DNA of 29,509 nt from positions 1 through 29,509 of IMG/VR virus record IMGVR_UViG_2718218398_000001; one strand, 5' to 3'. Under the pieces are notes generated by a model. That model was not told the origin of the DNA and did not search any database. It was given only the letters and a program-made list of their open reading frames with translations. Made by a program: the position numbers and the translations under genes. The stretch's first letter is position 1. Every line of letters begins with the position of its first letter. The stretch comes from a virus (lineage: Duplodnaviria; Heunggongvirae; Uroviricota; Caudoviricetes). Positions 28,567 to 29,509 of this stretch are shown here, in pieces.

Positions 28567-29305
28567 AAGCACACGGATTATCCCAGCTATCTGGTTGCGG
28601 ATATTAATCCTGATTTAATCAACCTCTATAAAAAGGTTGCCGCTGATTGTGAATCGTTTATATCTCGCGCCAGAGTTTTATTTTAAGGAAGCAAACAGGG
28701 AGGTGGCTTATTACAACATAAGGCAGGAGTTTAATTACTCAACTGAAATTACTGATTTCATGAAAGCGGTATATTTCCTGTATCTCAATCGTCACGGTTA
28801 CCGTGGGTTATGTCGCTATAACAAGAGCGGGCATTTCAACATTCCCTACGGTAATTATAAAAATCCGTATTTCCCTGAAAAAGAAATTTGCGCATTTGCA
28901 GAGAAAGCCCAACGAGCAACGTTTATCTGCGCCAGCTTTGATGAAACGCTGGCGATGTTGAAGGCGGGGGATGTGGTGTATTGCGATCCGCCGTATGACG
29001 GTACGTTTTCCAGCTATCACACTGATGGTTTCACTGAAGATGACCAGTATCACCTGGCATCCGTTCTTGAACATCGGTCATCAGAAGGACATCCGGTCAT
29101 TGTTTCTAACAGTGACACATCCCTGATCCGTTCGCTGTATCGCAATTTTACTCACCACTACATCAAGGCAAAACGCAGCATCGGCGTAGCAGCTGGTGAG
29201 AGTTCTGCAACAGAAATCATCGCTGTTTTCTGGGGCGCGCTGCTGGGTGGATTTGATCCTTCGCGTGGCGTGGATAGTTCTGCCGTGTACGGAGTACGTG
29301 CATGA
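28567..29305 (+). pseudogene. dam: DNA adenine methyltransferase (Dam family) fragment, 5'-truncated and frame-disrupted
   Basis: TDYPSYLVADINPDLINLYKK (from about 28567) aligns to E. coli Dam NTDFSRYILADINSDLISLY, i.e. about 45 N-terminal residues including the SAM-binding FxGxG motif are missing. Downstream has [18 protein letters not shown] and catalytic DPPY (VYCDPPYDG). Frame changes near 28670 and near the 3' end. Confidence 0.75.
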
Positions 29306-29499
29306 GACATGCTGATATGAACAACTGCAGCGGCTTTAACGAGGCCGCCGCAGCATTCTCATGGAACAGCCCGAAAAAGGCGATTAACCCTTATCTGGAC
29401 CCGGCGGAAGTTGCGCCGGTTTCTGCGCTTTCAAACCTGATCACTCTGTACGCTGCCGATAACAAGCAGGAACAAACTGCGCCGCGAGGCACTGAGTGA
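29302..29499 (+). CDS. Hypothetical protein (65 aa)
   Basis: ORF whose ATG overlaps the dam stop (ATGA). No recognisable motif. Confidence 0.3.
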   Translation: MRHADMNNCSGFNEAAAAFSWNSPKKAINPYLDPAEVAPVSALSNLITLYAADNKQEQTAPRGTE

Positions 29500-29509
29500 T
29501 CAGGTCTGG

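Noticed and set aside
28540-28700. IS element or transposon at the D/dam junction
   Set aside because: No transposase ORF, terminal inverted repeats or target-site duplication were visible around the breakpoint. A simple deletion or rearrangement is more parsimonious.
1-29509. CRISPR arrays, tRNA/rRNA genes or an attachment site
   Set aside because: No regularly spaced direct repeats and no tRNA-like cloverleaf region were found. The prophage left end (int/attL) is outside the window and the right end is deleted, so no att site can be called.

Overview
This window is most of a P2/186-like (Peduovirus-type) myovirus prophage from an enterobacterial host, in prophage gene order: replication gene A (5' partial), an AT-rich cargo island, portal Q and terminase P on the minus strand, then O-N-M-L-X, a lysis cassette, tail and baseplate genes R-S-V-W-J-I-H, a tail-fibre inversion module with a Gin/Hin-family invertase, and FI-FII-E/E'-T-U-D. 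The prophage ends abruptly inside gene D, where it is fused to a 5'-truncated dam methyltransferase fragment; ogr, int and attR are not present. Many core genes (A, P, O, N, FI, E, T, D, dam) need one or more 1-nt frame corrections, at least some in mononucleotide runs, so these are either sequencing/assembly indels or decay of a cryptic prophage. The most interesting region is the cargo island between A and Q (about 2.2-7.16 kb): an SOS-box-controlled small ORF plus DinI-like gene, then low-GC DNA encoding a 560-aa KAP-family P-loop NTPase and two convergent proteins with HEPN-like motifs. This is a candidate, uncharacterised anti-phage/abortive-infection locus. All protein-family calls come from motifs and remembered homology read by eye; no database search was run.
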